Shown in pieces: positions 17,874-27,268 of a DNA stretch of 33,498 nucleotides. The stretch spans positions 1-33,498 of IMG/VR virus record IMGVR_UViG_3300017700_000439; one strand, 5' to 3'. Every line of letters starts with the position of its first letter. Within the stretch, counting starts at the first letter, position 1. The DNA comes from a virus (taxonomy: Duplodnaviria; Caudoviricetes). The notes under the pieces are model-generated. The model ran no database searches. It was not told the origin of the DNA and saw only the letters and a program-made list of their open reading frames with translations. A program made the translations under genes and the position numbers.

Positions 17874-19076
17874 CTACGCCTCAGTCAGGTCCCTGATGAC
17901 ACCGTGCGTGTTGCGGCGCTCGGTGCCCAGCTCGTGGTACTCGGCCATGCGGGCGTACCACGCGTCGTAGTCGCCGGAGCTGTCACGCACCTGCTTCCAC
18001 ATCGCGCCGTCGCGGTCGAGCCAGTGCCACTCTTCGTCCCGGTAGAACGTGAGGGCGTCCTCGTTGATGAACCACTGGGTGCCCAGCGGGGCATCCGGGT
18101 CCGCGACCACGGGAATCTCACCCTTGTCGGTCGTGAACGCGAGGCCGGTGAAGCCACCAGTGAACTCCTGCGAGTTGACCACCGAACGCTGCTGCGAGAG
18201 CAGGTTGAAGTAGGCACGGCGCAGGCCGAGGGACTGGAAGATGACGCTGGTCGAACCACCGCGAACGCGGATGCGGTCGGCCATCGTAATCATGCGACCC
18301 TCGGTGAGCGCCCGTCCGACACCACCGTTCGAGTCAACCTCGGCGGTCCACTCCGGCTCGACCGTGGGGTCGATGTTGTAGAGCGTTCCCGAGGCCGCCA
18401 CAATGGCGTTGAAGCCCGTGATCTCGTTGCCGAGCGAGCCGTTGCGGACCAGAATCTGGCCCGAGGCGGTCGTGAAGGTCGCACCCGACAGGGTGACGGC
18501 ACCCGTGCTGAGGTTGATGGCGGTGATCGTGCGAGCTGCGGCCACGACGGTCGAGGGCAGCGTCACGAGGTCCACAACCTCACCGATCTGGAGCAGGCGG
18601 GCATCGACCGCCGTGAAGGTGTTGGTGCCTGCGGCCACGGTGGTCGTGGTCGCAATGGCACCCGAACCGTCGCCGTAAATCTGGCGGTTCATGTCCTTCA
18701 GGAGGTCGTTCTTGAGGCCGTCGATCTCCTGATCGAGCACCTTGGCGAAGGCCTTGGTGTCGGTGTCGGAGAGCGCGATGGCCTGCCCGGTGAGCTGGAT
18801 GCCGCCGTAGGCGTACTTGAGGCCGACACGCGCGGCAGCGTAGCCCTGCTGGCCGGGAGTCGGCAGGGGTGCCATCTCCTGACGCGAGCCGATGCCCGAG
18901 TTGCGGCGGGTGTGGACGGGGAAGGTGACGTACTTGCCACCGATCTCCGTGGTGACGCCTGCCGACGAGCGCATGATGCGCTTGAGGGTCACCGTCTCCG
19001 TGTTGAGCTGCTCACGGATTCGCCCCTGATATACCTCCTTGAGGTACGGGGTGATCGAAGCGAGGGTTGCGGCCAT
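17874..19076 (-). CDS. major capsid protein
   Basis: 400 aa after the scaffold gene; LKEVY.G.I.EQL, D..RQIYGDGSG, RRNTHG.I.DL; strongest codon bias; own terminator. Confidence 0.9.
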   Translation of the reverse strand: MAATLASITPYLKEVYQGRIREQLNTETVTLKRIMRSSAGVTTEIGGKYVTFPVHTRRNSGIGSRQEMAPLPTPGQQGYAAARVGLKYAYGGIQLTGQAIALSDTDTKAFAKVLDQEIDGLKNDLLKDMNRQIYGDGSGAIATTTTVAAGTNTFTAVDARLLQIGEVVDLVTLPSTVVAAARTITAINLSTGAVTLSGATFTTASGQILVRNGSLGNEITGFNAIVAASGTLYNIDPTVEPEWTAEVDSNGGVGRALTEGRMITMADRIRVRGGSTSVIFQSLGLRRAYFNLLSQQRSVVNSQEFTGGFTGLAFTTDKGEIPVVADPDAPLGTQWFINEDALTFYRDEEWHWLDRDGAMWKQVRDSSGDYDAWYARMAEYHELGTERRNTHGVIRDLTEA

Positions 19077-19115
19077 GATCTTCCTTTTCTTGTAGTTGGA
19101 GGATCAGGCCACGGC

Positions 19116-20003
19116 TTACTGCTTGTTCTTCTCCAGCAGATCGGCCATCAGTGCTTGGGTCTCATCTCGTGTGAGCTGGCCCAAGGACTTCTGGTTACCA
19201 CCAGTAGGAACGCCCCCGGATGTGGGGAGCAGGGTCGGAGCCGAATCCCCCGGTCGAGGGGTGCTGAGGATTCGAGTACGAAGCGCATTGAAGTCGGCAT
19301 ATGCCTCTTCGAGAGTCGGGGCCTTGCCCGTCGTCTGCGCGATCTGGACAGCTCGCCTGATGACTTCCTTCTCGTCGTCGTCCGTCAGCTCCGCGTGGGC
19401 TGCACGCAGGGCCTTGGTCTCAGAGTCGATGGCTGCGTCCGCTGCCTTGTCGATCTCGACCTTCTGCTGGTTCTGGAGGAACTGCATGATGGCCTGCTGC
19501 TGCTGCTCCAGCGTCTCGAACCGGGGGTCGAGGGTCGGCGTAGCTGCGGCGTCGGGATCGGTCTGCTGCTCGGCTACTTCCTGCTTCAGCTCCTGCTTGT
19601 TGGGCAGTCGTCCGTTGCGTTCGAGGAAGGTTCCGAGAGCCTCATAGATTTCCTCGGGCTTCTCGTTGAGCTGCTGGGCGATGGTGACAGACTGCTGAAT
19701 CTGTGCGGGCGTGAGGCCTGCATCAGCAAACTGCTTCCACGGCTTGTACTGCTCATTGACGGACGTGACGCGAGCCTGAGCTGCGCTGTCCATAGCCTTC
19801 AGGTCATCTTGGATGGCTCGGAAGCTGATCGGGTCAAGCTTGGTACGAAGAGTGTCCCACGCGGGGTTGCCCTGAGACTGGCTCTGGTCACCCTGCTCGA
19901 CGGTGGTCTGCTGGTCAGTTACGACCGGCTCGCTCCCGCCTCCGGCTCCATCCCCCTCCACTTCGATAAATCGGAGTCTGAGGTTCTTGAACCGTGTGAG
20001 CAT
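19116..20003 (-). CDS. capsid scaffolding protein
   Basis: Acidic N-terminus, coiled-coil middle, Pro/Gly linker and C-terminal helix; between portal and capsid. Confidence 0.8.
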   Translation of the reverse strand: MLTRFKNLRLRFIEVEGDGAGGGSEPVVTDQQTTVEQGDQSQSQGNPAWDTLRTKLDPISFRAIQDDLKAMDSAAQARVTSVNEQYKPWKQFADAGLTPAQIQQSVTIAQQLNEKPEEIYEALGTFLERNGRLPNKQELKQEVAEQQTDPDAAATPTLDPRFETLEQQQQAIMQFLQNQQKVEIDKAADAAIDSETKALRAAHAELTDDDEKEVIRRAVQIAQTTGKAPTLEEAYADFNALRTRILSTPRPGDSAPTLLPTSGGVPTGGNQKSLGQLTRDETQALMADLLEKNKQ

Positions 20004-20016
20004 TTCTTCTCCTTGT

Positions 20017-20077
20017 GCTGTACCGTCTCCGGCCCTAGCTACGTCTTGTGCGGCTGTACCGGGAGTCCGGCCCTAGC
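20017..20077 (-). promoter_or_regulatory. tandem RNA stem-loop motif in the scaffold 5' leader
   Basis: Two copies of GCTAGGGCCG(G)-loop-(C)CGGTACAGC at 20077-20053 and 20039-20017, directly before the RBS. Confidence 0.65.
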
Positions 20078-20089
20078 TGCGTACTTCAG

Positions 20090-20117
20090 ATGATACTGCC
20101 TGACGGCAGAGTGTCAA
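20090..20117 (-). promoter_or_regulatory. sigma-A/70-type promoter for scaffold-capsid genes
   Basis: TTGACA (20117-20112), 16-nt spacer, TATCAT (20095-20090). Confidence 0.65.
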
Positions 20118-20118
20118 A

Positions 20119-20361
20119 CTACACGCCGGGAAGGCCCGCGACAGCAATGCCCTCGGTACGGCAGATGTAGATGAGGTCGTTCTTGGTGGCTGCCATCATC
20201 GAGGCTGCCGGATACTTCGCGGCGACACCGGAACCGGAGATCGCTGCCTTGAGCTGAGCGACCGTGGGGGTGCCTGCTCGATGCACGAGCTTACCTGCGC
20301 CGGTCGTGTTCTGGTTCACGGGGTCGTAATCGACACACATGAGCGGCTTGCGAGAGAGCAT
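20119..20361 (-). CDS. hypothetical protein (80 aa)
   Basis: Starts 3 nt after the portal stop with a GAAGGA RBS. Confidence 0.7.
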   Translation of the reverse strand: MLSRKPLMCVDYDPVNQNTTGAGKLVHRAGTPTVAQLKAAISGSGVAAKYPAASMMAATKNDLIYICRTEGIAVAGLPGV

Positions 20362-20364
20362 GGT

Positions 20365-22563
20365 CTATCCTTCCATCACAGGAGCCGGAACCGCCCCGTT
20401 GTCGGCCATCGTAGCACCGGGTCCTTCGACAGGGGCCTCTTCCGCGCCACCCGTTGTCACGTCCAGCTCGGGACCGCCTGCGGCAGGGCCGCCATCCGAT
20501 CCGTCGCTCGGGATCATGTCGAGGAACTGCATCATCTTCGCCTGCTGGAGAAGCCGGGTGTGCTCGGCCACGTGCAGCTCGAACTGCTCCTTGTGCTCGG
20601 GCGAGAGCGACTCGTACTCCTGCCCCATGCGGAACTTGTTGTGCGTGTCGATGTGGACCTCGTGAACGTCGAAGTCATCGACAGGAATCATCGGCGGCAT
20701 CTCGGGCATACCCTCGGCCTGCCACTGGGCGGCCAGCTCAGGGTTGGCCTGCGCTGCCTCTATGACCTGCTGCTCGAAGAGCTGCTGAGCCTGAGCGAAC
20801 ATCTCGGGCTTGAGCATCTTCATCTTGGTGTTCTCGCGCATCGCCTTGCGCTCGGCCACGTTCATCAGGTCGAGGACCTTCTGCGCGCCGCCGACCTCCA
20901 GCAGCTTGAGTGCCATCGGCTGGTCGATCAGGCCGATGGAGAACATGTCCATGACCTTGGCCTCCTTGGCGGCCTGCGACTGGCCGACAGCGGTGCCCTT
21001 CTGGATGCGGATGTCGGTGCCGTTCTTGATGTCGGCACCCTTGAGCAGCACCGTGTCGAAGCTCTGGTCAGTGCCGATGGTCTTGATCTTCCGGGGGAGA
21101 TCGACGTACTGCACGAAGAGCTGGAGGCTCTGGCTGGCGAGTCGCTCGTAGCCGTCCTCGATGGACTCGTACTGGGGCGACAGGAAGCTGTCGTCCTTCT
21201 CCTGAAGGTAGTTGATGGCCGTGCCTGCGGTGACGCCTGCGGGGGCCTGTCCCTTCGAGACCTCGTGCTGCCCGGTGAGGTCCTCCCAGTCCGACAGAAT
21301 CCGGTCCTGCTGGTCGATGTAGTACTGGGGCAGGGGTGTGAGCGCCATCGGGGTCGGGGGCGAGTAGCCCACCTTGTACTCGATGACGAGACCCGGCTCG
21401 TTGGTGAGCTTTGAGGGCACGATGCTGCCGCGCTGGGCAAGGAGCTGGGGCTTGGCCATGCGGCGGCCCGCCTCGCTGATCTCGCTGCGAAGCTGGTTGT
21501 ACTCGCGCTGGAGCTGGTTCGTGTCCACCAGCGGCGAGTCGGCGTAGAAGGTGCTCGTCGGGATGTGCTCGAACTTCGTGTAGGGATACTGGTCGTGGGC
21601 ATAGGGCAGGCCGTCCCGGTACATGCCCACGAGCTTGTCGTCCACCACGATGATGACCCCGCCCTCGGGCAGGTACTTCGTCGCTCCCGGCTTGCACCAG
21701 CACTCGTAGACCACTACGGAGTCCGGGGTGCGGCTGCCGGAGGACAGGTTCAGGTAGCCCTCTTCGAGGATGCTGTTCGAGCTGGAACTTGACGGCTGAA
21801 TGTCAGTTCCGTTCAGGGCCTCCGCGAAGAACTGGCGGCACCATTCGACAGACTTCGTGTAGGCGTTGATGACGAAGGGCTGGTCCTCGATCTCCTGCTC
21901 GCGCAGGTCGGGGACGAAGAGATGGAAGGGCGTGATCGAGCCGAAGCGCACGTTGCCCTTGTCGCCGGTCTCCTTGTCCACGATGGTCGAGGTATCCCAC
22001 CACGTCTTGAGGAAGCCGTTGCCGGTGATGATCGTCCACCACGCCGCCTTGCGGAAGTGGGTGCGGAGCTTCTGCATGTCGGAGATCGACTGCCACGCCT
22101 GCTCGGCGGCATAGGCCGCGCGCACGTCCTCATCCTCGGCGGTGGCCGGGACAGCGACAGCCTGCGGGATGCTGGCAAGGAACTTGGCGTGCTCGGCGCG
22201 CACGAAGGACCGCGTGCGGTTGATCGTCTTGCGCTGGTGGTAATACGGCTTCTTGGGCGTGGTGAGCTTGTCACGGAATCCCTCGGGCGAAGTCGTCCGC
22301 ATCCGCTCGGCGTACTGGTTGCCGTAGAACATCGACATGTTCTGGAACCACTGGAGCTGCTTGGTCTGGCGAGCCTGCTTGCTGCGCTCGTACTCGCCCT
22401 TCATCCACGCTACGAGCGCCTCGGCGTCCTTGGTCTTGCGGTACTTGTCGAGGTCGAACTTCTCAACGGGAGCCGGAAGCTCGGTCGGGATCGGGGATGT
22501 CGAAGAACTCTCCGTCGAGACCGGCGTCTGCGATGTCTGCGAGGAACGTGCTCTCGAAGCCAT
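20365..22563 (-). CDS. portal protein (P22-like size)
   Basis: 732 aa downstream of the terminase; IN.....V, G.GFLK..WD, QREYN..RS.I.E, TAGTAI..LQE, D.HEVHI..H motifs. Confidence 0.9.
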   Translation of the reverse strand: MASRARSSQTSQTPVSTESSSTSPIPTELPAPVEKFDLDKYRKTKDAEALVAWMKGEYERSKQARQTKQLQWFQNMSMFYGNQYAERMRTTSPEGFRDKLTTPKKPYYHQRKTINRTRSFVRAEHAKFLASIPQAVAVPATAEDEDVRAAYAAEQAWQSISDMQKLRTHFRKAAWWTIITGNGFLKTWWDTSTIVDKETGDKGNVRFGSITPFHLFVPDLREQEIEDQPFVINAYTKSVEWCRQFFAEALNGTDIQPSSSSSNSILEEGYLNLSSGSRTPDSVVVYECWCKPGATKYLPEGGVIIVVDDKLVGMYRDGLPYAHDQYPYTKFEHIPTSTFYADSPLVDTNQLQREYNQLRSEISEAGRRMAKPQLLAQRGSIVPSKLTNEPGLVIEYKVGYSPPTPMALTPLPQYYIDQQDRILSDWEDLTGQHEVSKGQAPAGVTAGTAINYLQEKDDSFLSPQYESIEDGYERLASQSLQLFVQYVDLPRKIKTIGTDQSFDTVLLKGADIKNGTDIRIQKGTAVGQSQAAKEAKVMDMFSIGLIDQPMALKLLEVGGAQKVLDLMNVAERKAMRENTKMKMLKPEMFAQAQQLFEQQVIEAAQANPELAAQWQAEGMPEMPPMIPVDDFDVHEVHIDTHNKFRMGQEYESLSPEHKEQFELHVAEHTRLLQQAKMMQFLDMIPSDGSDGGPAAGGPELDVTTGGAEEAPVEGPGATMADNGAVPAPVMEG

Positions 22564-22927
22564 TTACGTCGTCTCCCTCATTCAGGTCTGGATGGCGCTG
22601 ATTGATGCGCGCAAGCTCGGCCTCATCGGAGGGGTCGAACTCGGTGCCATCATATCCGGTAAGGGTTGTCTCCATCGCCTGAACCTGCTGATACGCCAGC
22701 GGGTCGGCGGTTCCGACGAGGGCTATCGCCTTGTCCACGAGCTGCGTCATCTGCCGGAACCTCAGTGTCTGCTCCTGCTCCCTTAGCAACTCGGTCTGGG
22801 CCATCTGTGACTGTGATTGCTGGCTCTTCGTCAGCAGCTTCATGAGCTGCCACCCCAGCAGTCCCACGCAGACGATCAGCAACAGCAGCAAGCTCGACAA
22901 GAGCCAGATCGAAAGCTCCACGGGCAT
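22463..22927 (-). CDS. membrane-anchored protein overlapping both neighbours
   Basis: GAAGGAG RBS, N-terminal TM helix, coiled coil, acidic tail. Confidence 0.65.
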   Translation of the reverse strand: MPVELSIWLLSSLLLLLIVCVGLLGWQLMKLLTKSQQSQSQMAQTELLREQEQTLRFRQMTQLVDKAIALVGTADPLAYQQVQAMETTLTGYDGTEFDPSDEAELARINQRHPDLNEGDDVNGFESTFLADIADAGLDGEFFDIPDPDRASGSR

Positions 22928-23186
22928 TCACTCCTTCGTTGTATCCCTGCGACAGCAGGAGGTTCTCACGATCCGGGTCCACTGGCTGAAGGCCCTCAAA
23001 AAGGCCTGCCGTCTCGGCCATCTCGCGCACAGCTTCGACCGAGATGTAGATGCGCCCAGTCTCGTTGAACTTCACGTCTACGCCCGTGTCGAGGAAGGGT
23101 CCCTCGATAGCCTTGGTCAGCCAGCAGTGGCCGGGTGCCTTGGGCAGCGACTCCATGAGCTGGTACTTGCCTGCGGGATCAGCCAT
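22650..23186 (-). CDS. hypothetical protein
   Basis: ATG 23186 with GAAGGAG RBS overlapping the terminase end; globular N-terminus (PGHC...GPFLDTG...GRIYIS), disordered C-terminus. Confidence 0.7.
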   Translation of the reverse strand: MADPAGKYQLMESLPKAPGHCWLTKAIEGPFLDTGVDVKFNETGRIYISVEAVREMAETAGLFEGLQPVDPDRENLLLSQGYNEGVNARGAFDLALVELAAVADRLRGTAGVAAHEAADEEPAITVTDGPDRVAKGAGADTEVPADDAARGQGDSPRRNRRPAGVSAGSGDGDNPYRI

Positions 23187-24807
23187 CGTAGGCTCCTTCG
23201 TAAAGTTCTTCATCGGAGTAGGTAGTCTCCCACTCCGTTGCATCCTCATTTGACATCTCATCGTCAACAAATGTCACATTGTCGTCGTTTGAGAGTCTCG
23301 CCATCATGTCTTGATACGAGAGCGTGACCGGAACTCTATCACTGGCCGGGGCCGGAACGGGAGAAAGGTCCGGCATCAGGGTCGCGAAGTACTTGGCCGA
23401 GTCGAATGCGTGGTCGTCCTTCTTGTGGATTTCCTCGCGCTTGTTCGTGTCGTAGGCCAGCTTCTCAGACGAATACGTGGCCCACCGGAGCTTCTTCAGC
23501 TCCTTGATGAGGTTGACACAGTTCGACAGGATGACCCACTTCGGGCGGTATGGACCCCAGCCGCTGCCCTCTGCGAGGACCTCGAAGTACTGGCGCATCT
23601 TCTCGACACCGATCATGGCGTCATGGGGGATGCCATCGACTTGGATGTGGATGCCAAGCAGCGCATACTCGGTGAGGACGCTGGTGCCGGTGTTCATCTG
23701 CCGCTGCTTGCCAGCGGGGTCGCCAACACGGATGTCCGGTGCGTCGTAGTCTCGACCGCTGAGCCGCCCGAAACCGACCTCCATCTCTTTCACGATAGAG
23801 GCGTGCTGGGGCACGTTCATGTCGGACTGGTAGTGCTCCGCGAAGGTCACGATGTCGCCTCGGGGGCTGACTGCGTGCCAGAGCCACGCCGTGGGGTTGT
23901 TGATGCCGAAGTCGGCAGAGCTGTACCACTCCCACTTCCTGATCGAGCGCATGTCGAACTGGTCGTAGTCCATCACGTGGGTATCGGTGTTGAAGTTCGG
24001 GAACACAAGACCCGAGCGCGCGACGAACGACCCCTTCTCGCGCATCGCCCGCTCCTGCACATCCATGCCCTGCATGTAGAAGTCGCGGTCCTCTTCGTCA
24101 GCCTGAACGTAAGGGTTGTCCTCCATCGAGAGCGTGAAGCAGGCCACGTCCCCATCGGGGTTCTCCTGTGCAGGCTCCCAGAGCAGATCGTAGGTCCAAC
24201 CCATGCCCTTGACTGGCGTGGCCGAGATGACCCAGAAGCCGTTGTAGTCGATGAGGCGCATCATCGACTCGTTGAAGATATGACGGGGCGGCTCTTCATC
24301 GAAATAGATGATGTGCCGGGGCACACCACCGAGCTTCGACAGCTCCATGCCGTGCGTCACGAAGTCGATGGTCGAGCCGTTGGAGAACGTGAGGATCAGG
24401 TTCTTCGCGTCCCAGCTCTTGTCCCAACGACCATCCACGAGCATTGACTTCGACAGCCAGCGCTGGAACTTGGGGAGCATGATCTGCTCGACACCCTTGG
24501 CCACGTCCACGACGACGAACCGCTGGCTGATCGGGCCGCTGCCCCACGCCTCGGGGCGCTGGAGGTAGCGGTGCGTATTGGTGGCCCACCAGATCGACTC
24601 GACCACGATGGAGTCGGTCTTACCGCCTCGGTTGCCTCCCGACACAAAGCGGCCCCGCTTGGGGCTGCGGTGAAAGCGATCCTGCTCGGCATAGTACTTC
24701 TCGCCGTAGTTCAGGATGTTCGGCTGGTTGAGGCTCCGCTCAAGGGCGTCCGTGACGAGGCTGAAAAGGTCCTCGACCGGGATGTGCGGTGCCTTGGCTG
24801 GAGTCAT
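23179..24807 (-). CDS. terL: terminase large subunit
   Basis: Q..FH, Walker A GGNRGGKT, Walker B IYFDEE, SATP coupling motif, nuclease ADFG..NPTA, DPAG, DDHAFDS.KY. Confidence 0.95.
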   Translation of the reverse strand: MTPAKAPHIPVEDLFSLVTDALERSLNQPNILNYGEKYYAEQDRFHRSPKRGRFVSGGNRGGKTDSIVVESIWWATNTHRYLQRPEAWGSGPISQRFVVVDVAKGVEQIMLPKFQRWLSKSMLVDGRWDKSWDAKNLILTFSNGSTIDFVTHGMELSKLGGVPRHIIYFDEEPPRHIFNESMMRLIDYNGFWVISATPVKGMGWTYDLLWEPAQENPDGDVACFTLSMEDNPYVQADEEDRDFYMQGMDVQERAMREKGSFVARSGLVFPNFNTDTHVMDYDQFDMRSIRKWEWYSSADFGINNPTAWLWHAVSPRGDIVTFAEHYQSDMNVPQHASIVKEMEVGFGRLSGRDYDAPDIRVGDPAGKQRQMNTGTSVLTEYALLGIHIQVDGIPHDAMIGVEKMRQYFEVLAEGSGWGPYRPKWVILSNCVNLIKELKKLRWATYSSEKLAYDTNKREEIHKKDDHAFDSAKYFATLMPDLSPVPAPASDRVPVTLSYQDMMARLSNDDNVTFVDDEMSNEDATEWETTYSDEELYEGAYDG

Positions 24808-24816
24808 GACGCCATC

Positions 24817-25122
24817 CTACGGAGTGGACTGGTCCTTCGCACCAAGACGGACGAGGGCACCAATGATCGAGGGGAGCGACGTGTTGCCACCCCGGCTGCC
24901 GGTAATGGTGACGCCGGTCAGCAGCAGCTCGGAGTCGCCACCGTCATGGCGGTGGTTGCCGGGAGCTGCCTGACTCGGACCGGGGCCCAGCGTGTGGTGC
25001 TGGGCCTCCGATCGCGAGTCGAGGTCGGAGTTCTGGTGGAACGCGTCAACCTCATCAGCAGTCGGGTTCGGCTTGTCCTGCTCAACGTTCCGCTCGGACT
25101 CCCCGTACTGCTTGACTGCCAT
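24817..25122 (-). CDS. small protein, possibly structural
   Basis: 101 aa; HHTLG....QAAPGNHRH resembles His motifs of fibre proteins. Confidence 0.65.
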   Translation of the reverse strand: MAVKQYGESERNVEQDKPNPTADEVDAFHQNSDLDSRSEAQHHTLGPGPSQAAPGNHRHDGGDSELLLTGVTITGSRGGNTSLPSIIGALVRLGAKDQSTP

Positions 25123-25132
25123 GTGTCAAACC

Positions 25133-25381
25133 TTACTTGCTGAGGGTCTCGACGTCACCGATGCCGGGGCCGTCGCCGGTCGCCGTGTTGACGATGATCG
25201 ACTTGAGCACGGACACGAGGGTAGCGACTCCGGCCACCGAGAAGGTGGTCGTCCAGTCGATGTCTGCGAAGCCCGTGGGGACTCCGGTAATTGCGAGGAA
25301 TCCGACCAGCACCTGTGCGAACGTGTTGACCGCTCGCTCGAAGGTGGCAAGCCAGAATTCCTTGGTGAAAATGCGCCGCAT
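25133..25381 (-). CDS. holin (r1t-like)
   Basis: FW....ERAV.TFAQ...IDW......AG.A..VSVLKSI; immediately after the endolysin. Confidence 0.85.
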   Translation of the reverse strand: MRRIFTKEFWLATFERAVNTFAQVLVGFLAITGVPTGFADIDWTTTFSVAGVATLVSVLKSIIVNTATGDGPGIGDVETLSK

Positions 25382-25391
25382 GAGGGTCTCC

Positions 25392-26300
25392 TTACAGAGC
25401 GTTCTTGAGTGCCGCGACGAACTCGGCAGGCGTCGTACCGGGCTTCGCGAGCACGGCCTTGAACTCAGCGTCATCGAGAGCCGCGATCTTTTCGAGGTCT
25501 GCATCCGACAGACCTGTCGGAACGGAACCCTCGAAACTTACTTTGGGTGACTGCTGGTAGAACTGCAAGAACCCAAGGCTGTTGATGAGATCAAGGTTGT
25601 ACGCCACTTCAGGGAATCCGGCAAGCTGGAGTCTGAGCTGGAACTCCGGCTCAGACTGTCCCGTGAAAGGGACCGCGCCTAGCTCCTGAATGGCCTTGAC
25701 TCGAAGATCGGCATTCTGGGCGAGGTTGATGATCTTGCATGCGTCGGGGAGAACGAGGAACGAGTTATTCCCTGCAATGCCGTGCAAGAGATAGGGCTTG
25801 GTCATGGGATCGTCTTCCTTCGGTGTTGTGTTGTCGAACGGGGTTGAGCCGCTACCCGCTGGGCGGGTGGGGTTGGTAATCACGAGGGGCTGCCCCGCGA
25901 AGTCGAGCGACCAACCCGCGTACCGGAAACCGGAGACACGGGCGTATCGGGTGCTCAACCACTCATCGACCGTCGAGGTTCCCACGGTGGAGAACCCGGG
26001 CCACTGGTCGAACGCTGCCGTCATCAACGACCGACCGCTCGCTAACCGGCGACCGATGTGGCCCCCTAGACTGTCCGACAGGTCGTCGCTTATGAACCAG
26101 TCACAGGCGCCCTCCGGCGCGATACGCGGGTCGAGCGAAACGATCCGCGAACGTCTCATCGCGGGAGCCGCGTCCCCCGCAGGCTTCAACCCGCCGGTCA
26201 CACGGGTGTGCTCGATGCACGCGCCTGACCAAGAAAGACCATTGGGCCGCCGTGGGCGGGCTCGTGCATCCGCTTCCGCTTCCGCTGCCGAACGAGTCAT
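25392..26300 (-). CDS. endolysin, probable Cys/His (CHAP-like) peptidase
   Basis: WSGAC..., GGHIG, YAGWS N-terminal domain, Pro/Thr linker, C-terminal putative binding domain; upstream of the holin; ATG overlaps the previous TAA. Confidence 0.65.
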   Translation of the reverse strand: MTRSAAEAEADARARPRRPNGLSWSGACIEHTRVTGGLKPAGDAAPAMRRSRIVSLDPRIAPEGACDWFISDDLSDSLGGHIGRRLASGRSLMTAAFDQWPGFSTVGTSTVDEWLSTRYARVSGFRYAGWSLDFAGQPLVITNPTRPAGSGSTPFDNTTPKEDDPMTKPYLLHGIAGNNSFLVLPDACKIINLAQNADLRVKAIQELGAVPFTGQSEPEFQLRLQLAGFPEVAYNLDLINSLGFLQFYQQSPKVSFEGSVPTGLSDADLEKIAALDDAEFKAVLAKPGTTPAEFVAALKNAL

Positions 26301-27265
26301 TAGGCCAGCTCCAGCCGAGGCCCGAGGTAGGTAATCTCCACCCACATAGGCTGAGCCACAAGAATATTCACAGCCGTCCCCTGTGACTGAAAAGCCATAA
26401 CCTGCAACGTGTCGTTCACCGCAAAGTCATCGTCCACGTCCAGCTGAATCGTCGGCCCGATGGCTGCGTTGGACGGAGTTTCGTGACGTACAATCGAGGC
26501 GGCATTTTTCTTGATCCAGCCCGCCCGATACCCACCCGACAGACCCCCGTCGAACAGCCAAGTTGCCTTGATGCCGTAACGCCCCGCACGAGTGAATGTG
26601 AACGTGCTGGCGGCATAGCTGCACGGAGCAAGTTTGGCAGTCCGAACCGTGAAATCAATGGCAGTATCGGTCGCGTTGGGGATCGACTGAGCAGCAGACC
26701 GCGTGCCCCTAATTTTGGGCACAACCCCTCCGGCGATTGCCTGCCACGCATCCGTGGCGAGGTCGCACCACTCTTCGACCAAGCCAGTATCTAGCAACCG
26801 TGCCCGAACGCCATAGACCAAATAAATCCCGGCTGCCTTGGCATACTCGGTATCCCGTGCTCCACTAGTAGCAAAACTAGCCGTTCCCTGCTGGACCCAC
26901 ACGTTGTCAATGGCTTGGAAGTCCACGTTCATCGAGTCGATGTGGAAACGACGACCCTCAAAAGCCGAAGCCGTAGGCAGGGCATTGAGGTCTGCGAGGA
27001 CAGGAATGCTATTGGGGTACTGCCACTGGGCACCCCCGAGTCCGTAGACCGCGAGGCTGCCTGTATCGGACTCAGTGATGATCTGGCCGAGGAACGGAGT
27101 AGCAGGCCGGGTGACACTGGTGAAGATCGGGGCACCCATCACAGCGTCGATCTTGTCCATGTTGGAGTTGATCTTGTCGATGTCCACGACTTCATCGGGG
27201 AAGATGAGTCCGGTCGAGCCGCCTCCGGGCTTGTAGAGGGACAGCTTGGTGGTCAGTGCGCTCAC
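26300..27265 (-). CDS. tail fibre / receptor-binding protein
   Basis: N-terminal TTKLSLYKP...NSNMDKID anchor, TRPATPFLGQII.E.DT repeat, C-terminal C1q/TNF-like beta domain (FT..RAGRY). Confidence 0.75.
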   Translation of the reverse strand: MSALTTKLSLYKPGGGSTGLIFPDEVVDIDKINSNMDKIDAVMGAPIFTSVTRPATPFLGQIITESDTGSLAVYGLGGAQWQYPNSIPVLADLNALPTASAFEGRRFHIDSMNVDFQAIDNVWVQQGTASFATSGARDTEYAKAAGIYLVYGVRARLLDTGLVEEWCDLATDAWQAIAGGVVPKIRGTRSAAQSIPNATDTAIDFTVRTAKLAPCSYAASTFTFTRAGRYGIKATWLFDGGLSGGYRAGWIKKNAASIVRHETPSNAAIGPTIQLDVDDDFAVNDTLQVMAFQSQGTAVNILVAQPMWVEITYLGPRLELA

Positions 27266-27268
27266 GAG

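Noticed and set aside
17791-17876. Capsid stop readthrough into the downstream gene
   Set aside because: The genes are out of frame, separated by a strong terminator, and the downstream gene has its own RBS.
17820-20093. 757-aa + strand ORF antisense to capsid and scaffold
   Set aside because: Shadow ORF expected from strong GC3 bias on the coding strand; no motifs. The same applies to 15177-16217, 11384-12529, 20281-21414 and 23311-24447.
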